NCBI GenBank assembly: GCA_036785375.1
Contig: JAWMAR010000071.1
Location: 1,178,001 to 1,242,000 of the forward strand
Length of the DNA stretch: 64,000 nt
Direction: 5' to 3'
DNA from: Leucoraja ocellata
Taxonomy: Eukaryota
A program made the translations under genes and the position numbers. Of the stretch, positions 27,149 to 39,254 are shown piece after piece; position 1 is the stretch's first letter, and every line of letters begins with the position of its first letter. Under the pieces are notes generated by a model, which did no database searches, was not told the origin of the DNA, and saw only the letters and a list, made by a program, of their open reading frames with translations.

Positions 27149-27775
27149 TATTTTATTGTCATTGCACGTCAGTGCAACGGGATTTAGTATGCAGCTCCAA
27201 CCGATGAAAAAGAAAAGTAAAATAAATAAATAAGCTATGTGTCGTGACCATCCGAGGGAGACAGTCCAGGGGGGATGGGGGGCACTCAGCAGGGCTGGGT
27301 CAGAGCCGCTATAGCTCTTGGAATAAAGCTGTTTCTGAGTCTGGAGGTTCGGGCGTAGAAGGCCTTATAACGTCTGCCGGAGGGAAGTAGTTCAAACAGT
27401 CCGTTACAGGGGTGTGAGGAGTCTTTATGGATGCTGACGGCCTTCCTGAGGCACCGTGTGTGGTAGATGCCCTCCAAGGCTGGTAGCTCAGTCCCAATGA
27501 TCCTCTGCGCTCTGTGGACGACGCGCTGACGATTGTACCATCCTCAACTACCTCCTCCAGCACTTTGTTCCATACACCCACCACCCTTTGTGTAAACAAG
27601 TTACCCCATTAGTGGACTATTAAATCTCTCCCCCTCCATCTTAAACGTATTTCATCAAGTTCTTGATTACCTTAGTTTGGGCAAGAGACACTGTGCGTTT
27701 ACACAATCTATTCCTCTCATGATTTTCTACATCTCAATAAGATCATACCTCTTTTGTGCACTTCTATAAGATCGC
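26928..27775 (-). mobile_element. CR1 3' fragment split by a nested Rex1/Babar fragment
   Basis: CR1 at ~26928-27078 and ~27531-27775 (FTQRVVGVWNKVLEEVVE). Confidence 0.8.
27084..27530 (-). mobile_element. Rex1/Babar 3' fragment with (TTA)n tail
   Basis: EGIYHTRCLRKAVSIHKDSSHPCNGLFELLPSGRRYKAFYARTSRLRNSFIPRAI; (TAA)n microsatellite at ~27084-27150. Confidence 0.88.
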
Positions 27776-27824
27776 CCGTCTGTGGGATCCCTGGAAGGAA
27801 CCAAAGTCAAAGTTTTAAGGTGTA

Positions 27825-28257
27825 CTAGACCAAGTGCAGACCCATTGGGTCTGTTCCCCCAACGCAGCCGTTCCCTACCCGTAGCCCCCACGGGAGACGT
27901 GGTCGTCCAAGTGAAGCCGTTCAGGACTCAGCAGTGCGGCTGTTTTTAAATGGCGTCTTTGAGGCGAGATGCGGGCGCCAGCAGCCGTTATGGGCGCTGG
28001 CCAGCAGGAGGCGACAAAATGAGTGAGTGGGGGGGGGGAGAAGGATTTCATTTAAAATGTGTACATAAACACGACAACATTTAATTAGGAGTGGATACTT
28101 GGAATGAAAAGTGAAATCTCTACCGAAATGGAAAAATTCTGGTCGTTTGTGGGTCTGGTGTTGGCGTAGCAACGAATCAAAGGCTGGCAGCCACAAGTCA
28201 GGCAGAAACACAGCCAGCTAGCCAGCAGCCACAGAGTTTTAATATTATATAGATAGA
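27825..28257 (-). mobile_element. Non-autonomous Helitron-like element (433 bp)
   Basis: Minus strand: A|TCTATCTATATAATATTAAAAC ... hairpin CAGACCC-AAT-GGGTCTG, then CACTTGGT-CTAG|T. Inserted between A and T with no TSD. Confidence 0.85.
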
Positions 28258-28936
28258 TAAAGAACCCTCTAAAGTGTGTAGGTGTTGTCTGTTTAGCATC
28301 ATCAAATGCTTTCACACAAACAGGCAAGGAACCAACAGAGAGGAGGGTGGACATGTCGGCAGAGTTTCCTATCATGGATTTGGCCTCCTAATTGCTCCTC
28401 TGTTCCTGTCTTGCTTCCTTGAGTACATTTTAGAAAGCCTGTGGAAACCCTTGACAACAAAGTTAACCTTCAAAGATCAAGTGTTGCTTTGCCATGAACT
28501 GCTAAATAGGACTGACAATAACCTTAATACAAGCACCAAATATTTTGATCTGCCTTGGTTCAAATAATACATGCTGGTAAAGGCTTTCATTCGGACAATG
28601 CATAAAGTTGCCAACTGTCCGTGGATTTGCAGCCAAGAAAACCTATGAAACATTTTAATTTTGCAACTATTTATAAGAAGATCAAAATTAATTGACCCAT
28701 ATCTTAGCATTTTTGAAATAAGGCAAATCTATAAAAGTTATGGATGGGCTCTAAAGTTATTATCAAAAGCAATTATCATTGACTTACAAGCATACTTCAA
28801 ATAAAGATCTTGCTCTGATCAACTACTGGAAGTCTTAAGTGGTGTCTGAGGGTTCAGTGAGACCTCTGGGTCTGCTGGGCACGGGTTGAAGTGCCTTCTG
28901 AACAAGGAGGCTTCTTAAATTAAATGTTTTGCTGCT

Positions 28937-29400
28937 GAGGAGATTTACTAGAATGTTGCCTGGGTTTCAGCACCTAAGTTACAGAGAAAGGTTGAACAAG
29001 TTAGGTCTTTATTCTTTGGAGCGCAGAAGGTTAAGGGGGGACTTGATAGAGGTCTTTAAAATGATGAGAGGGATAGACAGAGTTGACGTGGATAAGCTTT
29101 TCCCATTGAGAGTAGGGAAGATTCAAACATGATTTGGGAATTAAGGGACAGAAGTTTAGGGGTAACATGAGGGAGAACTTCTTCACTCAGAGAGTGGTAG
29201 CTGTGTGGAATGAGCTTCCAGTGGAAGTGGTGGAAGCAGATTCGATTTTATCATTTAAAAATAAATTGGATAGGTATATGGACGGGAAAGGAATGGAGGG
29301 TTATGGTCTGAGTGCAGGTAGATGGGACTAGGTGAGAGTAAGTGTTCAGCATGGACTAGACGGGCCGAGATGGCCTGTTTCCATGCTGTAATTGTTAAAT
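28937..29400 (+). mobile_element. CR1 3' fragment (distinct subfamily)
   Basis: RRFTRMLPGFQHLSYRERLNKLGLYSLERRRLRGDLIEVFKM; FFTQRVVAVWNELP. Confidence 0.92.
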
Positions 29401-29743
29401 GTTTTAAATAAAGTTATTTCTAAAACAAACAAAAAAAAATACACCAAATGGTAGCTTGGTCATGAAGGCGGAAAAAGTTTTTAAAAACTGCTACAAAATT
29501 AAAAATTCTTTTTCAATTTATTCATATAATGCTCACCTTTATTTTTCATTGCACTTTAATGGAAATGTTAGAAAATGTCATAACTGGTTTGCTATCAACT
29601 ACTAATGACCGCAGTACTGAATATTTTACATAGTTTAACTATACGTGTACTATATCCAAGCTGGATTTTGTTTGCCTAATGAATTGAGTTTAGGATTAGT
29701 TGGGAAATTTGTCTCTAGTATTTTTATGAGCAATAACATACAA

Positions 29744-30064
29744 TTTTAGTTTAGTTTAATTTAGTTTAGTTTAGTTTAGAGATGCAGCGTGGAAACAAAC
29801 CCTTCAGCCCACCGAGTCCACACCAACCAGCGATCCCCACACATTAACACTATCCTACACACACAAGGGACAATTTGCATTTTTATACCAAGCCAATTAA
29901 CCTACACACCTATACGTCTTTGGAGTGTGGGAGAAACCGAAGGAAGATCTTGGAGGAAACCCATGGTCACGGGGAGAACATACAAACTCCGTACACACAA
30001 GCACTCGCAATCACGATTGAACCCGGGTCTGGCGCTGTAAGGCAGCAACACTACCACTGTGCCC
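29744..30064 (-). mobile_element. V-SINE (HE1-like)
   Basis: A box, B box (GGTTCAATCG), V-domain core, (CTAAA)n tail. Confidence 0.9.
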
Positions 30065-30075
30065 ATGTGTCCATT

Positions 30076-31312
30076 GTAGAGTGGATAAGGGAGAACCAGT
30101 GGATGTGTTATATCCGGACTTACAGAAGGCTTTCGACAAGGTCCCACATAAGAGATTAGTATACAAACTTAAAGCACACGGTATTGGGGGTTCAGTATTG
30201 ATGTGGATAGAGAACTGGCTTGCAGACAGGAAGCAAAGAGTAGGAGTAAACTGGTCCTTTTCACAATGGCAGGCAGTGACTAGTGGGGTACCGCAAGGCT
30301 CAGTGCTGGGACCCCACCTATTTACGATATATATTAATGATTTGGACGAGGGAATTGAATGCAACATCTCCAAATTTGCAGATGACACGAAGCTGGGGGG
30401 CAGTGTTAGCTGTGTGGAGGATGCTAGGAGGCTGTAAGGTGACTTGGATAGGCTGGGTAAGTGGGCAAATGAATGGCAGATGCAGTATAATGTGGATAAA
30501 TGTGAGGTTATCCACTTTGGTGGCAAAAACAGGAAAGTAGACTATTATCTGAATGGTGGCCGATTAGGAAAGGGGGAGATGCAACGAGACCTGGGTGTCA
30601 TGGTACACCAGTCATTAAAAGTAGGCATGCAGGTGCAGCAGGCAGTGAAGAAGGCAAATGGTATGTTAGCATTCATAGCAAAAGGATTTGAGTATAGGAG
30701 CAGGGAGGTTCTACTGCAGTTGTCAGTGTCTTGGTGAGACCACACCTGGAGTATTGCGTACAGTTTTGGTCTCCTAATCTGAGGAAAGACATTCTTGCCA
30801 TAGAGGGAGTACAGAGAAGGTTCACCAGACTGATTCCTGGGATGTTAGGAATTTCATATGAAGAAAGACTGGATAGACTTGGCTTGTACTCGCTAGAATT
30901 TAGAAGATTGAGGGGGGATCTTATAGAAACTTACAAAATTCTTAAGGGGTTGGACAGGCTAGATGCAGGAAGATTGTTCCCGATGTTGGGGAAGTCCAGA
31001 ACAAGGGGTCACAGTTTAAGGATAAGGGGGAAATCTTTTAGGACCGAGATGAGAAAAACATTTTTCACACAGAGAGTGGTGAATCTCTGGAATTCTCTGC
31101 CACAGAAAGTAGTTGAGGCCAGTTCATTGGCTATATTTAAGAGGGAGTTAGATGTGGCCCTTGTGGCTAAAGGGATCAGAGGGTATGGAGAGAAGGCAGG
31201 TACAGGATACTGAGTTGGATGATCAGCCATGATCATATTGAATGGCGGTGCAGGCTCGAAGGGCTGAATGGCCTACTCCTACACCTATTTTCTATGTTTC
31301 TATGTTTCTATG
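30076..31312 (+). mobile_element. CR1 LINE (HER1-like), 5'-truncated, young subfamily
   Basis: [44 protein letters not shown], to GYGEKAGTGY; (TATGTTTC)n tail. Same subfamily as 68-1913. Confidence 0.96.
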
Positions 31313-31314
31313 CA

Positions 31315-31425
31315 TGTGTAGGAAAGAACTGCAGATGCTGGTTTAAATCGAAGATAGACTCAAAATGCTGGAGTAACTCAGCGGGACAGGCAGCATCTCC
31401 GGACTGAAGGAATGGGGTGACACAT
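31315..31425 (-). mobile_element. Penelope-like terminal repeat fragment
   Basis: GTGTAGGAAAGAACTGCAGATGCTGGTTTAAATCGAAG...GCTGGAGTAACTCAGCGGG. Confidence 0.8.
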
Positions 31426-33099
31426 GTGTTCCTTTTCAAAAAGCAGTGAAAAATAGTAATATTCGAGAGCACTATTTAAAAACAACACTGTCAGTCCCCC
31501 TCATGCCACTAGTGGAATAGTCTGGTTGAATTTCTTCAGCTGATAGTACTTGGGTGATTTGGTGTGCTGAGGAGCCCATCAAAACTTGCCCTTAAAGCAC
31601 AAGCACGCCAAATCAGAAATATTCATCCAGCTATGTAGAGTGCTGCCCCTGTCAATATTTAGATGTTACACACATGCTACATTGAACAAGAGATTCCTTG
31701 AGAAATTGGTGGATCGCACCAACTGCAGACGGAATGTTCTCTGATCAAAAGGGTGGAGAAGACACTTCAGGGTCTAACAAGAGGCTGTCAGGGAAGTTTC
31801 TGCAAGAGCATCAGTGCAACATAAAAGTGATACCCCTCCAAGGAGGCCAGCAAGGTGAATGAAGAAGTAGGTGACGTCTGCTTTGTGGAGTAGAATGTGT
31901 CACTGGCCTCCCAAAGGCAGCAGTGAGCAGCAGGCTGTGGGGTTTGCTATGAATCGGCTGCTGTGACTGCAATGATCCTGAGTGGAAAGGTAAGAGCAAT
32001 GATTATCTTGGCTCCTATCATGAGTGAAGTGCAGGCGTGTACGTACTCAATGTTTTATGTGGGATCGGACATAGATGAGTATTACCTGTGCAACTGTATC
32101 CCATGTGGAAATTGCGCCTCAAAATGGTGTAGATATGAGCATGGCTCATTATGATGCCTAAGCAGATAAAGTGCTGCATACTGGATCTCTGCTTGTCTCT
32201 TGACACTTGTGAATGTCTCTGGTTTCTGGGAGGTGCCTTTTGCAAGCCTACGTTATCCATGAATTGAAGATAAATAAAGGGCTGTCGGAAGACAGTTTTT
32301 GTTTGAATGTGAGGTTGCAAGGAAGTACAGACCTGTTCACAGAGCAACCAGTCAGCCTGGAGGATGGCTGTGCATAGATTTTGTGAGATTAGCTCTTCAC
32401 TTACACTGTTTCTGAGCTTTCAAAATTAGTAAGAACTTTTCTTTTCTGCAATTGATTTGTGACCAATATTACTAAGGTTGAAAATCATGCCAATGACAAA
32501 TTTTGGGTGTCACACCTTTGTCGTGAGTGTAAGATGGAAAAACAGTGCCAGGAAAGAAAGATCTTAAAATATGCATCCATTAGCCTTTATCTTTAAGACT
32601 CATATAAAGATGCGCAAAAGTGTATCATCTTCAGTTAATGTGATTTTCACATTGCTGTACATTTGTTGGCGTTGCACAAATATATTTCAAACTCTTTGTT
32701 TTCAAAAGTCCACCTTATTTATAATGCAACCACAACCCATATGATATAATCTAACTTGGAACGTTACAGTAAGATGATAGCCATTGATTCATTCTTTAAA
32801 GAAAATTAAATGAAGACGGGATGTCCATTTGGAGAACAGATGAAAGATGAAAATAAAATAATTGAATGCAAAAGGTAAATAATAAAATGAACCTGTATAA
32901 TACAAGAAGCTTCAATGCAGACATACTGAATTGCAACTTGAGTGATAATCTACTGGAACCCTTGTGTAAATGAACCTTTGAACCTTTTGAAACTTTAAAT
33001 ATACTTTTTAATTAAATACTTTTACAAACTTCGAAAAAGCACAAAAGTAATGTTAACCACTAATATAATTTTTCAGATAACATTTCAATTTGTGTTGGA

Positions 33100-33270
33100 C
33101 GACACAAAATGCTGGATTAAATTACATCAGCCCCTGACATCAGTCTGAAGGAGGGTCTCGACCCGAAACGTCACCCATTCCCTCTCTCCAGAGATGCTGC
33201 CTATCTCGCTGACTTACATTTTGTGTCTACTTTTGATTTAAACCAGCATCTGTGGCTCTCTCCTACACCT
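33100..33270 (+). mobile_element. Penelope-like terminal repeat with hammerhead core at 33145-33172 (A9G variant)
   Basis: CTGAAGG-A-GGGTC-TC-GACCC-GAAA-CGTC-ACC followed by the family tail. Confidence 0.8.
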
Positions 33271-34660
33271 TTCAAATTTCACTGCACCAATTGGTGTATG
33301 TGACAATAAATGTCCTGTGTCCTATGTCAATTAGTGTTAATACCTATAGAAAGTAGAATCACATTTGAGGCAGATTAAACTGATTAAATGTCAGTTTGCA
33401 TTTTTAGAAAACAGCTTAAAATGTTTTAAAAAGAGTGTGATGGATTGTTTGAGAAGCACAATTTTGCATTTAATGGATGTGAGCCATGTGCATATTTGTT
33501 TCCCCCTGTGCTTTGCTAAATTCGTTCTAATTTAAACTGAAGTTACTGGTTAAAATGTTGGAAATGAACTCTAAAGATTATGGTTGGCAGGGTAAATGCT
33601 TTTGAATGTTTTTAAAAAACTGAAAAGTATGTTTGGGTTGTTCTTTTTAGTATAAAATGTAGCAGTGTCATTTATCATCATTTACATTGAAGAGGAATTG
33701 GAGCTGAAACAATAATAGCACAGTTTTAGACCATTACTGCATCTAAGTCTGTATGTTTCAATTTGTGGATGAAATCATTTGGCTGGCCATGTATTCAAGG
33801 CAAACCATTGCTATATTATTAGGGCAGATTCAAAGTATCTTTGTTTTGAAAGGTGTGGAATTGCTAAGCACACATTAATAACAGCTTTGACTGTCATTTA
33901 TATTTCCACATCTCCTGCAAATGAGTTTTGTTACCTACTGGGTGAGTTGTGGACCAGCACTCTTATAAAATGCTAATATGAAGCTCTGGTCCCATTTCAA
34001 TGAGGCACGGGGAGGACTAAAAAATAGGCCACAGAAATATCGAACGCCCAGTTCAAAACCTTGGGACATCTAGAGGTAATTTGGAATGGGAGGGTTTAAG
34101 TGATGAAAATAACATCTTAATAAGCTGATAAGATCAATGAAAAATCATGGAAAGATGATGTAGAGATTGGACTGAAGTATTGACTTAAGACAAATAAGCC
34201 GAACTGTGAGTCCAGTTCCCCCACGTAGTCAGTCAGAGCTGTAGCCAGACCTACTTCCCAGAAGTGTAGTCCTCAGGGTCGCTGGAAGTTGACCCAAATT
34301 CCCACATCCTGTAGGAGGAGCATACTGCCATCCGCCTAGCCTCCTCACTGAAGCCTCTCCAGTCAAAGCTTCCACTCTTTGCCTCAATGACAGCACACTA
34401 CCTCAGAACACAGACACTCCCAATAGCAGGGCTGCCAACTCTCATGCATTGAGCGTGAGAATCTAGCCTTTGACCAATTCTCACTCTCTCACACTGATCA
34501 CAAATTACTCACATTCTGTCGTGAGAAATTCTGTGGTCAACGAAAATTTCAAACCTCATATCAAGTGCATGGGCCACGGGTGCTGGAGAGCCAGGGCTGA
34601 GGGAGGGATGGAAGCAGAAGCAGTGGCAGAGACAGATGTGGATGGGGAGCTGGGATGGCA

Positions 34661-34717
34661 AGTGTTTGCCGGGCTGGCGAGTGTTTGCCGGGCTGGCGAG
34701 TGTTTGCCGGGCTGGCG
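34661..34717 (+). repeat. 3 x 19-bp tandem repeat
   Basis: AGTGTTTGCCGGGCTGGCG three times. Confidence 0.95.
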
Positions 34718-34740
34718 AGTCGCTCGCTGCAGCTCCGGCC

Positions 34741-34891
34741 ATGGAGCAGCCTCAGTGCAAGAGTCCCGGGCCATCGGAGGCGTCGGAAGCACCATGAGAA
34801 TCTCTTTGCCGAATTTGCCCTGATGATCAGCATGGACCAGGCTGCGGCTTGGTGCATCCTGGAGGACAACGACTGGCTGCTGTAAGTAGGT
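34741..34891 (+). pseudogene. TDP2: TDP2-like exon 1 fragment (N-terminal UBA-like domain), frameshifted, with splice donor
   Basis: Kozak GCCATGG at 34741. HHENLFAEFALMISMDQAAAWCILEDNDWLL* aligns without gaps to the recalled human TDP2 segment KRRLLCVEFASVASCDAAVAQCFLAENDWEME. TAA (plausibly from GAA) is followed by GTAGGT. Confidence 0.65.
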
Positions 34892-34990
34892 ACCAAGCAC
34901 TCAGTAGAAACAGTGGAAGATAGTGGACTTCAAATGGGGGTGGTTGGAGAAAGCATCCTGCTTGCCTGCTAGAATTTCACTTCCTGTAAC

Positions 34991-35322
34991 TGCAGGAAAA
35001 ATGTTCCCAATGTTGGGGGCGTTCAGAACCAGGGGTCACAGTTTAAGAATAAGGGGTAGGCCATTTAGGACTGAGATGAGGACACACTTTCTTCACGCAG
35101 AGAGTTGTGAATCTGTGGAATTCTCTGCCACAGAAGGCAGTGGAGGCCAATTCACTGGATGTTTTCAAGAGAGTTACATTTAGTTCTTGGGGCTAGCGAA
35201 ATCAAGGGATATGGGGAAAAAACATGAAAGAGGTTCTGATTTTAGATGAACAGCAATGATCATATTGAATGGCTTGAAGGGCCGAATGGCCTATTCCTGC
35301 ACCTATTTTCTATGTTTCTATG
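34991..35322 (+). mobile_element. CR1 3' fragment
   Basis: AGKMFPMLGAFRTRGHSLRIRGRPFRTEMR; (TATGTTTC)n tail. Confidence 0.9.
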
Positions 35323-35344
35323 CTTGAGTATATGGCAATAAAAA

Positions 35345-35994
35345 TGTTGAGAATCTCTCTCCTGTCAATCATGCTGTGAAAGCCACGCCCCTTCTGGTGG
35401 GAGGGGGGAGGGATTATAAAACCCGGAAGTGTGGGTGTGGCTCAGTCTCTGCAAGTTGGGGGAGGGAGAGGTCACGACTCCGTCTCAACTGAACTCACTG
35501 AATATCTACTGAACTGTGAGTGTGGTGCTTATGTGGTGCTTATGTGGTGTTTAAGTGGTGTTTTTGTGGTGTTTTATGGTGGTTTCACCCTGCTTGAAAT
35601 GGTATGAAACTGCATTTGAATGTGGTGGCCTTGCACCCTGCTTGAAGTGGTAAGAAACTGCACTTGAATTTGGTGGCTTTGCACCCTGCTTGAAATGGAA
35701 TTTCAAGGAATAGCCGTGAGTCAACTGCCAGCCCACCAGCTGTGAGGGAGCTGCCAGCACATCAGGCTTGAGGGACTGAGCTGCCACCCCAAGAATCCAT
35801 TTGGCCGACAATGTCCATACTAGCCCTCTGGAAACCTGTCCCTTCGGCCCACATCACCCTTATTAGATCTCCAGAAGCCCCCCCCCCCCCCCCCACTGGC
35901 AACCAAAATTGTAATTGGTGGAGAGGTGGAATATTGTGTTGGGGACCAGCCCTCCCGTGTGAACATGGGACCCAACGGGTCCCACTTAGTCTAG
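35345..35994 (+). mobile_element. Helitron-like element 3' part (5' end not identified)
   Basis: 3' hairpin GGGACCC-AAC-GGGTCCC, then ACTTAGT-CTAG|T. Internal ~48-bp tandem repeats (CACCCTGCTTGAAATGG...) at ~35587-35700. Confidence 0.75.
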
Positions 35995-37699
35995 TATAGT
36001 ATATTGTGTGTGTATATATATTTATATACTGTCGAGCACAAATCTTTCTGATGTTCAATCAGATAGTTATTTAACCTAATGCGCCTACTAACTCTCTTGC
36101 CCATTTAAAACTTTCCCAGACTTCTGTATTTTTATTACATTTCTGATTTAGATTTCTCCAGTCTGAGCTTATTACATTTTGACAAGAAACAGGAATGGGA
36201 ACCTTTCTATAGCTGCATAACCTCTCGGGAGAATAACTTCATTAATGAGCTAGGTAATTTCTCATTTATGTTCTAATCACAACCACATCAAGGAAGAAAA
36301 CTAGCTTGCTGACATAATATGGATTAATTATTCAGAAAGTGTTCTGCTTTCCTTGTAAAAACAGTTGAAAGAGATTGCTTTTAGAACTCTGGTCCGTGTA
36401 AATTTCTACATTTATTTATAATCGGTTTTCACTTTTGGAAAAAAAAACTTTTGCTAAATGGAATGTTTTGATAAAAAATACCAGGATCTATTTCAAAAAC
36501 AAATTGGCCAACTGTTGGACATACAAAAGCCTGGGATCCAACATGAATTGGACCATGAAATAACTGAAATAACTAATCGTGTATCTCTCGAATTCAGTGA
36601 ACCAGTGCTAAACTTGTCACCTTTCCACTGATTCATGTTGCGGGAAGAATTAGCATGGTCTTTGTTTCAGACAGTTTATCATTTCCATGAAAGCACACAG
36701 GTGACAAGACATGGTGTGAGGTAATGGAATGCTATCTGATCCAGTCTGAACTGTACTATAGTGTAGCACATGGATCAAGCACAAGACAAACCGTGCACAA
36801 CAGCGGGCTGAGGACAGACCCGTGATTATTTGTATAACAATGCGGCACTACAAGTTAGAAGGCCTCTGTCACTATCCAGTTAAAATAATGATTTAAAACA
36901 AATGATAAAAATCATTCACAAACAAAAAATGTGCTTGTGCTCAGAATGTTATATTTAGACACTGTGTATTTAATAAAGAAAAGTATCCAGAGGTGAAAGG
37001 AAATTAATGAAAGTACACCAACCGTAGATTTAACACAACCTTTACTTAACACCTTGTATCATTTACTGCCCTGATGTTTGTTCAGAATTTCAATGAGTCT
37101 ATTTTTATTTTAGTACTCTGAAGGCTTTCTCAATGATGTTTAAAATAACAAATGAATGATAATCTGAACTAAATCCCAGAAAGATGGCTTTCCTTTATAT
37201 TAATTACCTCAAAATCAGAACGTATACCAAGATAAAAATATTAATCACTGAGTATATTTTTAATAAACTTTTATGAAACGGAGTTTACATTATTCAACTC
37301 GGAATGTTATTCTTCAGTCTTATAATAGACACCCAGCCATCACATAATGAACAAAACCTCAACCTAAGATTTCGCAAAGAGGAATTCACTCTCATCCCGT
37401 CTTGTTTTTGTACATTGATACAAATACATTTTGAACGTTGCAGTTAAGTAGATGAGACAGAGTGATTACGTACCTTCAGTTTGGATGTTATCCTACAAAG
37501 TTTATAACACTTCTTGAGTGCCTCTTTAACAGACTGCCACGTTACATTTAATAATAGCTGACATGACTTGGACTGGATGATTTTAAACTGTCTGTCACCC
37601 AGCACGAAGGCAGTTCCAACTGAAAGTAGGGGTGCAGCCCATTTAGTACCTTCAGATCCCCTGAAGTCTAATGTACAGATAGGGCAGTAAAGGAATAAA

Positions 37700-38525
37700 C
37701 AGATGCATGGCAGGTGAAGTTTAATGCGGAAAAATGTGAGGTTATCCACTTTGGTAGCAAAAAACAGGAAGGCAGATTACTATCTAAATGGCATCAAGTG
37801 GGAAAAGGGGAAGTACAACAGAATCTAGGGGTCCTTGTACATCAGTCTATGAAAGTAAGCATGCAGGTACAGCAGGCAGTGAAGAAAGCGAATGGCATGT
37901 TGGCCTTTATAACAAGAGAAATAGAATGTAGGAGCAAAGAGGTCCTTCTGCAGTTGTACAGAGCCCTAGTGAGACCACACCTGGAGTATTGTGTGCAGTT
38001 TTGTTCCCCTAATTTGAGGAAGGACATTCTTGCTATTGAGGGAGTGCAGCGTAGGTTTACAAGGTTAATTCCCGGGATGATGGGACTGTCATATGCGGAG
38101 AGAATGGAGCAGCTGCGCTTGTACACTCTGGAGTTTAGAAGGATGAGAGGGTATCTCATTGAAACATATAAGATTGTTAAGGGCTTGGACACGCTAGAGG
38201 CAGGAAACATGGTCCCGATGTTGGGGGAGTCCAGAACCAGGGGCCACAGTTGAAAAATAAGCCATTTAGAACGGAGACAAGGAAACACATTTTTTCATAG
38301 AGTGATGAGTCTGTGGAATTCTCTGCCACAGAGGGCGGTGGAGGCAGGTTCTCTGGATGCTTTCAAGAGAGAGCTAGATAGGACTCTTAAAAAATAGCGG
38401 AGTCAGGGGATATGGGAAAAGGCAGGAACGTGGTACTGATTGGGGATGATCAGCCATGATCACATTGAATGGCCGTGCTGGCTCGAAGGGCCAAATGGCC
38501 TACTCCTGCACCTATTGTCTATTGA
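37700..38525 (+). mobile_element. CR1 LINE 3' part
   Basis: FNAEKCEVIHFG, KKANGMLAFI, LVRPHLEYCVQF, YTLEFRRMRG. Same subfamily as 9965-10522. Confidence 0.95.
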
Positions 38526-39254
38526 CATAAAATTTTACCAACGTCGTTGAACCTAACAATGTTGCAATGGCCAAGGTATTAGAGTGGATTTGGCTATATT
38601 AAGATATGGGATAAAACACTTGCACGTGAGTAAATTTTAGGGTTTATCTACAGGGGCAACTGGATCCAGAGGGCATGTTGCATTCCACCACTAAGACATG
38701 GAGAAGTTTAAACAATGATGTTCTGGGCAGGGTAATTCGGGAAAATCCTTTAATATGAACATAATAGATACACAAATTGTGCAGTTTGAATAGCTAAAGA
38801 AGATAGCACTTAGGTTGATTGAAAAATGAAATTAATGCATTAAGATGGGATAGTGGCTAGGTGCCCAGTTGCTACAGACCTACTGGAGGAGTTATGGGTG
38901 GTAGAAAGTCTTGCTGAGGCTATGAATTGACTGAAGTTTGGGAACAGACCAAAACAATGAATGGGAAATACCTGTGCCACACATACTGCCAGTGGGCAGT
39001 GGGATGTAACTTGGCTTGAGTCCAATACAGTGTAATATCCTATTGGATCAATAGTTCCTTCCTCAACAATCCCTATCATGGACACTGAACAAACCTATCC
39101 ACCAGGCTTGGTGAGTGCCTGTGCTTTCACCGGATGACCAAGGTTTAGCTGGTGGATAAAAGCTTCATAACAAGTCCTACCCCAGTGGTAGAGGCAATAC
39201 TTATTAACTCAGCAGTCAAATTGGTTCACAACCATATCCTCAGCATCAGGTGAA

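Larger units (their letters stand above)
34427..34990 (+). mobile_element. Left end of a putative hAT-like non-autonomous element carrying captured host sequence
   Basis: Begins CAGGGCTGCCAACT (TIR-like) with repeated TCTCAC/GTGAGA subterminal motifs. No matching right TIR found. Confidence 0.45.
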
